From positions 453,129 through 517,128 of the forward strand of contig CAWGFM010000005.1 of the NCBI GenBank assembly GCA_963821935.1: a DNA stretch of 64,000 nt, given 5' to 3'. The position numbers and the translations under genes were made by a program. The DNA is from an uncultured Actinomycetes bacterium. GTDB lineage: Bacteria > Actinomycetota > UBA4738 > HRBIN12. Below, piece after piece: positions 8,963 to 18,657 of this stretch. How positions within the stretch are numbered: position 1 is the stretch's first letter; each line of letters opens with the position of its first letter. The notes below the pieces were generated by a model. The model worked only from the letters and a program-made list of their open reading frames with translations. It ran no database searches and was not told the DNA's origin.

Positions 8963-9877
8963 TTAGGCGACGACCCAGATGGCTTCGCGGGCGAGCTCGA
9001 TCTCCAGGTGGGTGCGGTCGCCCATGGAATCGCCGTCGACCTGCACGGGGAACGGCTCCGAGGCGGTGACCTCGACCTTCGACGCGTCGTGCACGTAGTC
9101 GATGTCACGGCCCTGCACGTGGCGGGCGGAGCCGAACACCTGCCACGCGATGCGGGGGATGCTCCGCCGCGCCAGCTTGCGAACGCTCAGCACGTCGAGG
9201 CCGCTGTCGAGCGAGGCCTGCGGCGTCATGCGGAGTCCTCGGTCCTTGTAATAGGTGTACGGATCGGTGCGTCCCACCATGACGGACAGCGACGGCGTCG
9301 CCTCCTGGCCGTCCACCGAGACCTGCAGGTCCGGTGCGCGACCCGCGTAGCCAACCAGCAACTCCCAGAACACCGAGCGGAACGCCACCCGATCGAACTT
9401 GGCCTTCGTCTTGGGGAACTTCGCGTCCATGCGAGCCATCGCGGCCGCGTCCACGCCGGCGCCGCAGTTGACGGCGAAGTACCTGCCGTCGGCGCGCCCC
9501 AGGTGCAGCTTGAACGCGTCGTCGTCGAGGGCACGCCCGATCAGCACCCCGGTGGCTTCCACCGGATCGGTGGGGATGCCCAGCGCACGAACCAAGATGT
9601 TGGTGGCGCCGCCGGGGATCACACCCAGCGCCACCTCCGAGCCGGCCAGCGCGTTGAGCACCTCGTTGATCGTGCCGTCGCCCGAGAACACCACGACCAG
9701 GTCCACACCCTCGGCCACGGCCTGGGCCGCGATCTCGTTCGCGTGGCCGCGCTCCTTGGTCTCGATGACCTCAAGCCGGAAGTCGGCCGACAGCGCCTTC
9801 TCGATGACGGCGAGCGTGGGCTTGGACACCGTTCGGGCGACGGGGTTGACGACGAGGAGGACCCGGTGCAGATGCAT
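8963..9877 (-). CDS. Diacylglycerol kinase-family lipid kinase (YegS/DagK-like)
   Basis: DAGK_cat motifs ([17 protein letters not shown]). Confidence 0.75.
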   Translation of the reverse strand: MHLHRVLLVVNPVARTVSKPTLAVIEKALSADFRLEVIETKERGHANEIAAQAVAEGVDLVVVFSGDGTINEVLNALAGSEVALGVIPGGATNILVRALGIPTDPVEATGVLIGRALDDDAFKLHLGRADGRYFAVNCGAGVDAAAMARMDAKFPKTKAKFDRVAFRSVFWELLVGYAGRAPDLQVSVDGQEATPSLSVMVGRTDPYTYYKDRGLRMTPQASLDSGLDVLSVRKLARRSIPRIAWQVFGSARHVQGRDIDYVHDASKVEVTASEPFPVQVDGDSMGDRTHLEIELAREAIWVVA

Positions 9878-9914
9878 CGGCCGCCAGTATCGCAGGGACG
9901 GTGGAGATGTGTGC

Positions 9915-9931
9915 CGGGGGGCAAGCCCCCG
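9915..9931. terminator. GC hairpin GGGGG-(GCAAG)-CCCCC downstream of the moaD-like gene (CUUG loop in transcript orientation)
   Basis: Hairpin family member. Confidence 0.4.
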
Positions 9932-9932
9932 C

Positions 9933-10178
9933 CTACGGGGAGTCGCCTCCGCTGACCGGTGGCAGCAGCGCGACCTCGTCGCCGTCGGCGATCACCGTGT
10001 CACGGGTCGCGCGTTCGCCGTCCACGACGTAGGAGCCCACCGCCGCGATCTGCGCGAACCGGTCGCCGAAGCGAGCACCGAGTGCATCCACCACCTCACC
10101 CACCGTGCGCCCGTCTGCTTCCACGTGCGTGGCGCCCGCCTGTTCGCGGAGCGCGGCGAACAGCCTCACTCGGACCAC
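9933..10178 (-). CDS. MoaD/ThiS/CysO-family sulfur-carrier protein with 3-residue extension after the Gly-Gly (..VSGGDSP)
   Basis: 81-aa ubiquitin-like beta-grasp protein. The GG is followed by DSP before the stop. Confidence 0.65.
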   Translation of the reverse strand: MVRVRLFAALREQAGATHVEADGRTVGEVVDALGARFGDRFAQIAAVGSYVVDGERATRDTVIADGDEVALLPPVSGGDSP

Positions 10179-10966
10179 GGCAGGTCCAGCGTCTCGTGGA
10201 CGAGCCCCACCAGCTTGCGCGCGAATCCGGAACGCAGGCCGTCTTCGGCGTGACCGAACCCTTCGCCCAGCAGCAGCCGCTTGGGCTCCCCCGCGGCCTC
10301 GAACAGGCGCTTCGCATGCTCCACGGGGAACAACCGGTCGTCGGTGCCGTGCACGATCACGATGGGGACGGGCGCGATCTTGCCGATCACGTGTTCCGGC
10401 GAGTCGGGCGGATCCCAGTGATCGGGAAGTCGTACCCCATAGGCGCGCAGGGCCGCACGCCCCGCCGGCGTACCGATGCGCGCGTGCATGTGGCGTCGTT
10501 CCTTGGGATGCGCGTCACCGTGCCAGTCCCAGTACGCCAGCGACGAGATCCCCACGACCGCATCGGCGCCGCCGATCAACGCGCCGTGCCGGATCGTGGC
10601 GATGCCGCCCATGGACGCCCCAACGGTCACCACCAGGTCGTGTCCATCCGCGCGGGCCAGTCGGTGGACGGCCTCCACGTCGTACATCTCGTCGCCGCCG
10701 AAATCGCAGATGCCGGTGCTGCCCCCGTGCCCGCGCATGTCCATGGCGTAGACCGCGAACCAGGGCGTCAACCGCTCGGCGAACAGCGCGAACTTCGGCT
10801 TGCGATGCCACCCCATGAGCCCGTGTGACAGGACGACCGCGGGCAGCGCCTGGCCCGCCTCGCCGATACGGGTTCCTTGGATGCGCACGCCGTCCTCGGT
10901 GACGACTTCGAACGTGTGCGCCGGCACCCGCCAATGGTGGGAGGTGAACTCTTGAACCGACGTCAT
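10166..10966 (-). CDS. Alpha/beta hydrolase
   Basis: HGxxG oxyanion-hole motif (VVLSHGLMGW) and nucleophile elbow GASMGG. Confidence 0.7.
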   Translation of the reverse strand: MTSVQEFTSHHWRVPAHTFEVVTEDGVRIQGTRIGEAGQALPAVVLSHGLMGWHRKPKFALFAERLTPWFAVYAMDMRGHGGSTGICDFGGDEMYDVEAVHRLARADGHDLVVTVGASMGGIATIRHGALIGGADAVVGISSLAYWDWHGDAHPKERRHMHARIGTPAGRAALRAYGVRLPDHWDPPDSPEHVIGKIAPVPIVIVHGTDDRLFPVEHAKRLFEAAGEPKRLLLGEGFGHAEDGLRSGFARKLVGLVHETLDLPWSE

Positions 10967-11019
10967 CGCAGGTGAAGCCTACCGTCAGGGGAACCGAACC
11001 CGCTATCGTGGAAGCGCCG

Positions 11020-11679
11020 ATGGCCATCGTTGCACTGCTGTCCGATCGCGCTCCCCAGGTTGCCCTGCCCGCGCTCGGCGACCTGCTCCCCGACCTCAAG
11101 GTGGAGCCGCTGGCGGTCTCGTCGCTGGACCACCTGGTCGCGATCGAGCCGCAGGTCGTGCTGGCCGACGCGGGCGAGAACCCGGGACAGGCGTGGTCCG
11201 TGGTCCAGGCGCTCCGCGACCGTGGCGCGATCATGCCGGTGATGCTGATCGTCGAGCGCGATCAGCTGGAGCGATACCCCTGGGCCGAGCTCGCCGACGA
11301 GTTCGTCTACCCGGGGGCGCCGGCCGCCGAGCTCCGGGTCCGCCTCGCGATGCTCCGGCGCCGGGCCGGAGCTGGCGACGGTTCGGTGACCCGGCTCGGC
11401 CCGCTCGCGCTCGACACCGAGACCTACCGGGTCACGGCCGGCGGACGCGCGTTGGACCTGACGTTCAAGGAGTTCGAATTGCTGCGGTACCTGGCCACGC
11501 GTCCGGGGCGCGTGTTCACTCGGCCGACGCTGTTGCGCGAGGTCTGGGGGTATGACTTCTACGGCGGCACGCGCACGGTGGACGTGCACGTCCGGCGGCT
11601 ACGCGCGAAGCTCGGCCCCGAGCACGAGCACCTGATCGAGACGGTGCGCAGCGTGGGCTACCGGGCCGCCGAGGTCTGA
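11020..11679 (+). CDS. glnR: OmpR-family orphan response regulator GlnR (global nitrogen regulator)
   Basis: C-terminal winged helix LDLTFKEFELLRYLATRPGRVFTRPTLLREVWGYDFYGGTRTVDVHVRRLRAKLGPEHEHLIETVRSVGYR is near-identical to the actinobacterial GlnR DNA-binding domain as recalled. Atypical receiver with N-terminus ALPALGDLLP. Located beside glnA. Confidence 0.75.
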   Translation: MAIVALLSDRAPQVALPALGDLLPDLKVEPLAVSSLDHLVAIEPQVVLADAGENPGQAWSVVQALRDRGAIMPVMLIVERDQLERYPWAELADEFVYPGAPAAELRVRLAMLRRRAGAGDGSVTRLGPLALDTETYRVTAGGRALDLTFKEFELLRYLATRPGRVFTRPTLLREVWGYDFYGGTRTVDVHVRRLRAKLGPEHEHLIETVRSVGYRAAEV

Positions 11680-11930
11680 GCCGAACGGCGGGAGCCCGAA
11701 GACGTAGTCGGACCGGGCTATGCGAAATGGCTCGTTCGGGCTCTGCGCGCCGGAACGCTGTAGCGCCGATGACCTTCGCATGAACGAAGGGGTCCGAGAC
11801 CGCGTAGCCAGTCCCGCTCCCGGGACGCCATCCCCCTCGGTCCGCGATCAGAGGACCCCTCGTTCACCGTGAGGCCCCGTCCGATCACCCCCTCGATCGG
11901 TCGGGGCCTCGTTCGTTAGGCTCGCTCGCG

Positions 11931-12489
11931 GTGAAGATCGCGCGTCCAGACCCGGCGCTCTCGGACGGTGTGATCGTGCTGCGGCCATGGGGACCGGGCG
12001 ACGTGGGCGGACTGGTGGCTGCCATCGACGGCGACCCGGTGATCACCAGTTGGCTGGACCAGATCCCGCAACCGTTCACCACCGAGCACGGGACGCGCTT
12101 CATCGAGCGCTCGATGCGGTCGTGGGAAGCGGGCGAGCAGGCGTCGTTCGCCATGACCGACGCGCAGACCGGCGCGCTGCTGGGATCCGTCGGGCTGCAC
12201 CCGGTGGACGAAGGCCACGATGTCGTCGAGATCGACTACATGGTGGCCGCCGACGGCCGCGGCAAGGGCGCCGCGACACGGGCAACCATCCTCGTCACGG
12301 GCTGGGCGCTGGACACCCTCGGCGCCCAACGCGTCCAACTCCGTGCCGACGTCGACGAACGTCGGCTCATGTCGGGTGGCCGAGAAGGCAGGGTTCACCC
12401 GCGAAGGCGTGGTGCGCTCGATCCGCCGCAACGAGCGGCAGGGCGGGCGGCGGATCGACTGGGCCCTGTACTCCCTGCTGCGCGGGTGA
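11931..12489 (+). pseudogene. GNAT-family N-acetyltransferase (RimJ/RimL-like) interrupted by a single-base frameshift near 12357-12360
   Basis: The N-terminal 142 aa run in frame 0 to about 12358. The conserved C-terminal NVGSCRVAEKAGFTREGVVRSIRRNERQGGRRIDWALYSLL continues in frame +1 to 12489. Confidence 0.5.
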
Positions 12490-12493
12490 GCGC

Positions 12494-12521
12494 GTAACGC
12501 AGAGTTAACGGTCAGCGTAAC
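12494..12521. promoter_or_regulatory. Candidate GlnR box(es): GTAAC-N6-TTAAC-N7-GTAAC, 63-90 bp upstream of the glnA ATG
   Basis: Matches the gTnAc-N6-GnAAc GlnR a/b-site architecture. Directly upstream of glnA. Confidence 0.4.
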
Positions 12522-12583
12522 GCTCCCGGCACGCGGACGCTCGTAGGCTGGAACGACCGTCGAACGAACAAGGGGGAGCGCGC

Positions 12584-14005
12584 GTGGCAACGCCGAAAGA
12601 CGTCATCGCGATGGCGAAGGAGCACGAGGCCCAGATCGTCGATCTTCGGTTCACCGACCTGCCGGGTCAGGTCCAGCACCTCTCGGTGCCGGTGCACGAA
12701 CTGACCGAGCAGAAGCTGACCGAGGGCCAGCCGTTCGACGGGTCCAGCGTTCGCGGGTTCCAGGAGATCCAGGAGTCGGACATGTTGTTGATGCCCGACT
12801 GCGACTCGGCCTACATGGACCCGTTCACCAAGCACCCCACGCTCAACATCACGTGCTTCGTCAAGGACCCCGTGACCGGCGAGGACTACAGCCGTGACCC
12901 GCGCAACATCGCGAAGAAGGCGGAGCTGTACCTGAAGCAGACGGGCATCGCGGACCGCTCGTACTGGGGGCCCGAGGCCGAGTTCTACATCTTCGACTCG
13001 ATCCGCCACGACCAGAGCCAGTTCGAGGGCTACTACCACATCGATTCGGTGGCGGGGGCCTGGACCAGCGGCAAGGAGGAGGTCGGCGGCAACCTGGGGT
13101 ACAAGCCGCGCTACAAGGGCGGGTACTTCGCCCTGCCCCCCACCGACAAGTACCAGGACCTGCGCACCGACATGGTGCTCAACCTGGAGAAGGTCGGCCT
13201 GACGATCGAGGTGCACCACCACGAGGTGGGCACGGCCGGCCAGGCCGAGATCGACATGCGCTACGACACGCTGCTGACCACGGCCGACAACGTCATGAAG
13301 TACAAGTACGTCGTCAAGAACACGGCCTACCAGGCGGGCAAGACCGTGACGTTCATGCCGAAGCCGCTGTTCATGGACAACGGCTCGGGCATGCACACCC
13401 ACCAGTCGCTGTGGGACGGCGACGACAACCTCTTCTGGGACGAGGTGGGCTACGGCGGCATCAGCGACGCCGCTCGCTGGTACATCGGCGGGCTCATCGC
13501 GCACGCACCGGCCTTGCTGGCGTTCACCAACCCCACGACCAACAGCTACCGCCGGCTGGTGCCGGGCTACGAGGCGCCGATCAAGCTGGTCTACAGCCAG
13601 CGGAACCGCAGCGCCTGCGTCCGCATCCCGCTCGGGACCAAGGGCCCGGGTGCGAAGCGGCTGGAGTTCCGCACGCCCGATCCGTCGTGCAACCCGTACC
13701 TGGCGTTCAGCGCCATGCTCATGGCGGGCATCGACGGCATCAAGAACAAGATCGAGCCGCCCGACCCGATCGACAAGGATCTGTACGACCTGCCGCCGGA
13801 AGAGCACGCGGCCGTCAAGCAGGTGCCGGGGTCGCTCCTCGAGGTGCTGGGCGAGCTGGAGTCCGACCACCAGTGGCTGCTGGAAGGCGGGGTCTTCACC
13901 CAGGACGTCATCGACACCTGGATCGAGTACAAGCGCATCGAGGAGCACGACGCCGTCGCCCTGCGACCGCACCCGTTCGAGTTCGGCCTCTACTACGACG
14001 TGTAG
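12584..14005 (+). CDS. glnA: Glutamine synthetase type I (adenylylatable GSI-beta)
   Basis: 473 aa with full GSI motifs. Adenylylation-site Tyr in [10 protein letters not shown]. Confidence 0.95.
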   Translation: MATPKDVIAMAKEHEAQIVDLRFTDLPGQVQHLSVPVHELTEQKLTEGQPFDGSSVRGFQEIQESDMLLMPDCDSAYMDPFTKHPTLNITCFVKDPVTGEDYSRDPRNIAKKAELYLKQTGIADRSYWGPEAEFYIFDSIRHDQSQFEGYYHIDSVAGAWTSGKEEVGGNLGYKPRYKGGYFALPPTDKYQDLRTDMVLNLEKVGLTIEVHHHEVGTAGQAEIDMRYDTLLTTADNVMKYKYVVKNTAYQAGKTVTFMPKPLFMDNGSGMHTHQSLWDGDDNLFWDEVGYGGISDAARWYIGGLIAHAPALLAFTNPTTNSYRRLVPGYEAPIKLVYSQRNRSACVRIPLGTKGPGAKRLEFRTPDPSCNPYLAFSAMLMAGIDGIKNKIEPPDPIDKDLYDLPPEEHAAVKQVPGSLLEVLGELESDHQWLLEGGVFTQDVIDTWIEYKRIEEHDAVALRPHPFEFGLYYDV

Positions 14006-14017
14006 TGCTCCACCGAC

Positions 14018-14044
14018 GGAGGCCGGGGCTTGCCCCCGGCCTCC
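14018..14044 (+). terminator. Intrinsic-type terminator hairpin GGAGGCCGGGG-CUUG-CCCC(C)GGCCUCC after glnA
   Basis: 11/12-bp GC stem with CUUG tetraloop, 13 nt after the glnA stop. Confidence 0.6.
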
Positions 14045-14053
14045 CTGTGTCGG

Positions 14054-14113
14054 TTTGACAGCACCTCCATACGTATGATCATACGTATGATTGTATCGAT
14101 ACATTGATACAAT
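14054..14113 (+). promoter_or_regulatory. AT-rich promoter/operator region: TTGACA box, then 2x CATACGTATG(AT) palindromic direct repeats and a TGTATCGATACA palindrome within larger IR CGATTGTATC-N8-GATACAATCG
   Basis: Read directly from the sequence. About 30% GC in a 70% GC genome, 20-80 bp upstream of the membrane-protein/GntR operon. Confidence 0.5.
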
Positions 14114-14134
14114 CGAACGGAGGAGGCGCGCCTG

Positions 14135-14986
14135 ATGGGTCCGACCGAGCTGATCGCCCTCGCGGTGCTGGTCGTGATCGTTGCGACGTGGATCGGCCGG
14201 CGTCCGCACGCCGATGACGCCGAACTGAGCCGGTGGGTCGATGCAACGGGTGTCGAGCTCTCCCCCGAGAGCTCACGGATCGTCCAACGCTCGCTCACAT
14301 GGGGCCGGCGTTGTCGTCGGATCGGTGCGCTGGTCGGCTTCCTCTCGCCGTGGCTCTTCTCCGGGATCTCGGGCAGGTCGATCGACGAGGGCGGCTGGGC
14401 TCTCTCCCTGATGCTCGTCGGATATCTGCTGGGTGCTCTCGTGGCCGAGGTCGCCGTCGACCGAGCCGGGGAACCTGGAACGGCTGCCGCAGTGCGACCT
14501 CGACGTCTCGTCGACTACCTGCCGATGTGGCTGCTCACGCTCCAGCGGGCACTGGGGGGCCTGGCGGTGTTCATGATCCTGCCCTACGCACTCGTGCAGC
14601 CGGGTGCCGACGTCGACCTGCCGGGCGTGGGCACCATCGCGCTGTTCGGCCTGGGCGGTGCATCGATCGCGTTGATCGTCGAGATGATCGAGCGGCGCAT
14701 CGTGGCGAGGCGTCAATCGGCGGCTGACATCGCCGACGTGGAGGTCGACGACGCGCTCCGATCCACCTCACTCCATGTGGTCGCCGGCGCGGGCCTGGCG
14801 CTGCTGATCCAGTTCGCGGGTCCTCTGGTCGCCATCACCCTCGCTGCCGCCATCCCCGGCGAGGCCGGTGGCATCGTCGCCGGCGTGCTGCTCGTGCTCC
14901 TGATGGTGCTCTCCCTGATGTGCTGGATCAACGTCGCGCACCCCGCTCGCTATCGGAGTCGAGGCCGGGTCCGGAGCCACGCATGA
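14135..14986 (+). CDS. Integral membrane protein of unknown function
   Basis: Multiple hydrophobic segments. RBS GGAGGAGG lies 9 nt upstream. Confidence 0.65.
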   Translation: MGPTELIALAVLVVIVATWIGRRPHADDAELSRWVDATGVELSPESSRIVQRSLTWGRRCRRIGALVGFLSPWLFSGISGRSIDEGGWALSLMLVGYLLGALVAEVAVDRAGEPGTAAAVRPRRLVDYLPMWLLTLQRALGGLAVFMILPYALVQPGADVDLPGVGTIALFGLGGASIALIVEMIERRIVARRQSAADIADVEVDDALRSTSLHVVAGAGLALLIQFAGPLVAITLAAAIPGEAGGIVAGVLLVLLMVLSLMCWINVAHPARYRSRGRVRSHA

Positions 14987-15372
14987 TCGTCCGGGTGGAA
15001 CCGTCCTCGCCCGTCCCCCCCTTCGAGCAGATCCGCATGCAGATCGCGACGATGATCAGCTCGGGTGTCCTCGAGGTCGGAGCACGGTTGCCCACGATCC
15101 GTCAGCTCGCGAAGGACCTGGGCCTGGCCGGGGGAACGGTCGCGCGCGCGTTCCGGGAGCTCGAGGCCGATGGGGTCATCGTGACGAGAGGGCGGCACGG
15201 ATCGTTCGTCGCCGAGCCGAGCCCTGCGGCCAGCGACGGTGCGACCACGGCGCTGCGCGAGGCGGCGGACTCCTTCGCGGTCAGGGCTCACCAGCTCGGT
15301 GCCGATCCCAAGGGAGCGTTGGAGCTCGCCCGCAAGGCGCTCGGCGAGCTGTCGATCTCCCGCCCCTCGTAG
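14983..15372 (+). CDS. GntR-family (YtrA-like, short) transcriptional regulator
   Basis: N-terminal wHTH (PFEQIRMQIATMISSGVLEVGARLPTIRQLAKDLGLAGGTVARAFRELEADGVIVTRGRHGSFV). ATGA overlap with the upstream membrane-protein gene. Confidence 0.75.
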   Translation: MIVRVEPSSPVPPFEQIRMQIATMISSGVLEVGARLPTIRQLAKDLGLAGGTVARAFRELEADGVIVTRGRHGSFVAEPSPAASDGATTALREAADSFAVRAHQLGADPKGALELARKALGELSISRPS

Positions 15373-15389
15373 CGGGGCTTGCCCCCGCG
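15373..15389 (+). terminator. GC hairpin GCGGGG-CUUG-CCCC(C)GC after the GntR gene
   Basis: Hairpin family member, 1 nt after the stop. Confidence 0.5.
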
Positions 15390-15461
15390 GCAGCCCCCCA
15401 TTTGCTCCGAACGGCCTCCGCGGGTGAGGATATGGCCCGTACCGACAGGAGGGGCATCGTG

Positions 15462-16838
15462 ATGAAACGGATGATCGCGGCCATCGCCGCTGCGCTGACG
15501 ATCCTGGTGTGCATGGCACCCGCGACGAGTGCCAGAGCGGTTCGGCCTCGAGCGCCGTACATCACATCGACCCCGCCGATGATCGTGGCGCTGCAGCCGG
15601 GGGTCGACATCCTGCCGATCCTGACGGCGGGCGACGTGATCGGTGGCCGCGTGAGCGGGTTCCAGTTCACGGGTGTCCCCGACGGGATCGGCGTCTACCA
15701 GAGCGGGCCGGACAACCTCGAGGTCTACACGAACCACGAGCTCTCCTATCGGTACGGAGACCCGGCGTGGTCGCGTGTCTCCCATCTGACGCTGAACTCC
15801 GGCGCCGAGGTGACCGCCGCCAGCTACGTCGTCGACGGCACCGAGCGCTACGAGTACTTCTGCTCCTCGACCCTGGACGTGCTCGACGGCGTGCCGTGGT
15901 ACCTGACCGGCGAGGAATGGTTCGCGTCGCCCAAGGGCGGCATGTCGGTCGCGATCAACGTCCTGACCGGTCGTCTCCGCGAGACGCCCCAGTTCGGCGC
16001 CCTCAACCATGAGAACGTCGTGCCGATCCACGGCATGTCCCGCGCCGTGATGTACCTGTCCGAGGACTCCTTCCGCTTGCGCTCGCAGGCGTACAACTAC
16101 TTCGCCGACAGCTTCACCAAGGCGATCAAGGGCAACGGCAAGTTCGCGGTGTGGGTGCCCGACGACCAGGGCGACGGCGACCCTTCGGCCGACGACATCT
16201 CCGTCGGCGACACCATGACGGGACGATTCCGGACGATCCGGCACGTGGAGCGGTACAACGGGAAGGAGCTGAACGAGCGCGCCGAACGCCTGGGCTCGTT
16301 CAACTTCGTGCGCATCGAGGACGCCGCCACCGACCCGTCGAACCCAGGCGTCGTCTACATCTCCGAGACGGGCCACAACGCTGCCGAGACCAGGAACGGC
16401 CGGCTGTACCGGATGACCTACGACGTGGCCCACCCGCGCCAGGCGACCCTGGAGGTCGTGCTCGACGGTGATGCCGGCGACGACATCGTCAACCCCGACA
16501 ACTTGGGCATCAACTCCACGTCGCTGGTGATCCAGGAGGACCGCAACAAGGCGAAGTCGGGATACGCCCGCATCCACGTGTACGACTTGTCCGCCGAGAC
16601 ACTGACGACCGTGGCCCGCTTGGATCCGGGCCAACGCGCCATCGAGAACGGCGGCGGCCCCGGTGTCTGGGAATCCAGCGGAGCCGTCGACGTCAGCGAC
16701 TTCTTCGGCCCCAGCACCTGGCTGGTCGACGTCCAAGCCCACGCAACCTCGATCCGACAACAAGGCATCAACCTGAAGATCGACTCAGCGAAGGGTCAGC
16801 GGGGTCAACTGCTGTTGCTCACGATCCCGGGGACGTAG
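15462..16838 (+). CDS. Secreted protein of unknown function (possible beta-propeller/phytase- or PhoX-like fold)
   Basis: Signal peptide (MKRMIAAIAAALTILVCMAPATSARA). The function guess is weak. Confidence 0.6.
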   Translation: MKRMIAAIAAALTILVCMAPATSARAVRPRAPYITSTPPMIVALQPGVDILPILTAGDVIGGRVSGFQFTGVPDGIGVYQSGPDNLEVYTNHELSYRYGDPAWSRVSHLTLNSGAEVTAASYVVDGTERYEYFCSSTLDVLDGVPWYLTGEEWFASPKGGMSVAINVLTGRLRETPQFGALNHENVVPIHGMSRAVMYLSEDSFRLRSQAYNYFADSFTKAIKGNGKFAVWVPDDQGDGDPSADDISVGDTMTGRFRTIRHVERYNGKELNERAERLGSFNFVRIEDAATDPSNPGVVYISETGHNAAETRNGRLYRMTYDVAHPRQATLEVVLDGDAGDDIVNPDNLGINSTSLVIQEDRNKAKSGYARIHVYDLSAETLTTVARLDPGQRAIENGGGPGVWESSGAVDVSDFFGPSTWLVDVQAHATSIRQQGINLKIDSAKGQRGQLLLLTIPGT

Positions 16839-16915
16839 CGAGGCCAATTTCTCCAAGCGCCGAAGGTTGCACCAACTGACAGCGAGGAGTCTGCCCGGGG
16901 TCAGTCGCTGGCTCC

Positions 16916-18289
16916 TTGCGTGACCGATCGGCGATGCGCGATGCTTCTGTGGTGCAGCCGACACATGCTTCCCGACTTATCCGCTTCGGTCAGAAGCTCT
17001 GGAAACCCTCAGAAAATATGCGGGACCCGGAATGGAACGGGTTTCCAAACTTCTGGACGATGACCGACGCCGCCAATGGCACACACATCCGGCAATCTGC
17101 GGGCATCAATCCCATCGCTCGTCCCGTGGGACAGGAGCGGCGACCAGCTGTCGTGATCTTTCTGACACCCGCCGGGGAGAGACACCGTTTGCCCTGGCTC
17201 GATGAGGTAGATCTCGAGTCGGGATTCGTCCGTTACTTCGGTGACAACAAGTCTGAACTCGAGCTAACCGCGGAGAACTCTCCAGGGAATCGGGTTCTGC
17301 TTGCTGAGATGGATCGCTACTCATCGTCCGATCCTGACACACGCGCTTTGGCGGCTCCGCTGATGTTCTTCAGGAACCTGGGTAACCAGGGCGGTGGCCC
17401 CTTAACCGAGTTTCTGGGCTTCGGTGTGATTCGTGAGGCACACAGGATGACTCAGCTACACAAAGGCAAGTCGTTCTCGAACTATGCCTTTGACTGCATC
17501 TTGTTCCGCGGAGACGAAACGAGGGAAGGGGCCGAGTTCATCAGCATTGACTGGATCGATGAACGGAGGGATAGATCCATCGCCGATGGCGCGGCGAATC
17601 GCAATGCTCCACGGGCTTGGAAACGGTGGGTTACAAGTGGGCTTGAAGGTCTGGACTCGCCAGGCGTCCGTCGAACGGTCATCACTGAAGACGTCCTGCC
17701 TTACGAGGAACAAGTGCCGCCCCGCGATAGCCCGCTTGGGGGAACCCTCAGCCAAATCTATGAACACTACGAGGGAAGCTACAAGCATGGATTTCAAGCC
17801 TTGGCTGCGCTATCCACTCAACTGGTACTGGAAAGCCCCGGCACTACCTATTACCCGGGCTGGGTTACTCCCGTTGGCCCAGATGGAGGGGTCGACTTCG
17901 TCCAACGCATGGACCTCGGCCAAGGCTTTTCGTCAACCAAGCTGGTGATTCTTGGCCAGGCCAAATGCCGCAAGCCATGGCCAAGAGGCTCAAGCGTTAC
18001 AGCCGAGGATTTGGCGCGGGTCGTCGCCAGGCTGCGCCGAGGTTGGATCGGCGCGTATGTGACGACGTCCGCGTTCTCCGACGCGGCTCAGAAGGAACTC
18101 ATCGTCGACGAGTATCCAATTGTCCTTATCAACGGCTGGCGTCTAGCCCAGGCAGCTGAACAGCTTCGTGACGCTTTGGGACACGCGACCATGCACGAGC
18201 TACTTGTCTGGGTTGACAGCGCATACCTCAGACTCATGAGTGCAGCCCGGCCCAAGCCAGCAGATATCGCTCGAGAGATGCCACTCTAG
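16916..18289 (+). CDS. MspJI-family-like modification-dependent (Type IV) restriction endonuclease: N-terminal ~300-aa putative modified-base-sensing domain plus C-terminal Mrr/PD-(D/E)xK nuclease core
   Basis: C-terminus GGVDFVQRMD...KLVILGQAKCRK...GAYVTTSAFSDAAQKEL gives D-x20-Q-x-K, matching the unusual D-x20-Q-x-K catalytic motif recalled for MspJI. Length of 457 aa is close to MspJI. Start codon uncertain (several in-frame Met up to about 17015). Confidence 0.55.
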   Translation: MRDRSAMRDASVVQPTHASRLIRFGQKLWKPSENMRDPEWNGFPNFWTMTDAANGTHIRQSAGINPIARPVGQERRPAVVIFLTPAGERHRLPWLDEVDLESGFVRYFGDNKSELELTAENSPGNRVLLAEMDRYSSSDPDTRALAAPLMFFRNLGNQGGGPLTEFLGFGVIREAHRMTQLHKGKSFSNYAFDCILFRGDETREGAEFISIDWIDERRDRSIADGAANRNAPRAWKRWVTSGLEGLDSPGVRRTVITEDVLPYEEQVPPRDSPLGGTLSQIYEHYEGSYKHGFQALAALSTQLVLESPGTTYYPGWVTPVGPDGGVDFVQRMDLGQGFSSTKLVILGQAKCRKPWPRGSSVTAEDLARVVARLRRGWIGAYVTTSAFSDAAQKELIVDEYPIVLINGWRLAQAAEQLRDALGHATMHELLVWVDSAYLRLMSAARPKPADIAREMPL

Positions 18290-18657
18290 CTTGAGTCACG
18301 CGCCATTGATCGCCGATGGATCCACAGGCCCGGGATGGTCTTGCCGCTTCGGTTGTCGGGATCGTCCCCCGCGGTGCCGGTCCAGACCACTGATTTCAAG
18401 CAGATCTTGCAGAACGCGCCTTGGTCTGGGAACCAGTGCACGGGGTACGCCTCGTGCCGTCGATCAACCTCGGAGATCTCGAAGTTGTATTCCGACCAGA
18501 TGGTCTCGAAGGCGAAGACTCCGCCCTCCATGAACTCGCGATCGGCTGCTTCCCAAGCCTCATCTCGAGAAGCACCACTCACGTAGATCGTGGCTTCGTC
18601 CAAGGTTTCCCTGACGATGTTGACCTCCCAGCGTTGGTTCGCCTTCCGCTTGCTCAT
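18286..18657 (-). CDS. Hypothetical protein (123 aa), convergent with and 4 bp overlapping the nuclease gene
   Basis: Strong RBS AGGAGGA upstream of ATG 18657. Lies in the low-GC islet. No recognisable domain. Confidence 0.5.
   Translation of the reverse strand: MSKRKANQRWEVNIVRETLDEATIYVSGASRDEAWEAADREFMEGGVFAFETIWSEYNFEISEVDRRHEAYPVHWFPDQGAFCKICLKSVVWTGTAGDDPDNRSGKTIPGLWIHRRSMARDSS

Noticed and set aside
14068-14091. 12-bp direct repeat (CATACGTATGAT x2) as a possible CRISPR-like or tandem repeat
   Set aside because: Only two short copies with no spacers. Interpreted as operator half-sites. No CRISPR array exists anywhere in the window.
15288-16763. 491-aa minus-strand ORF opposite the secreted protein gene
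   Set aside because: Shadow ORF. The plus strand encodes a protein with a clear signal peptide.
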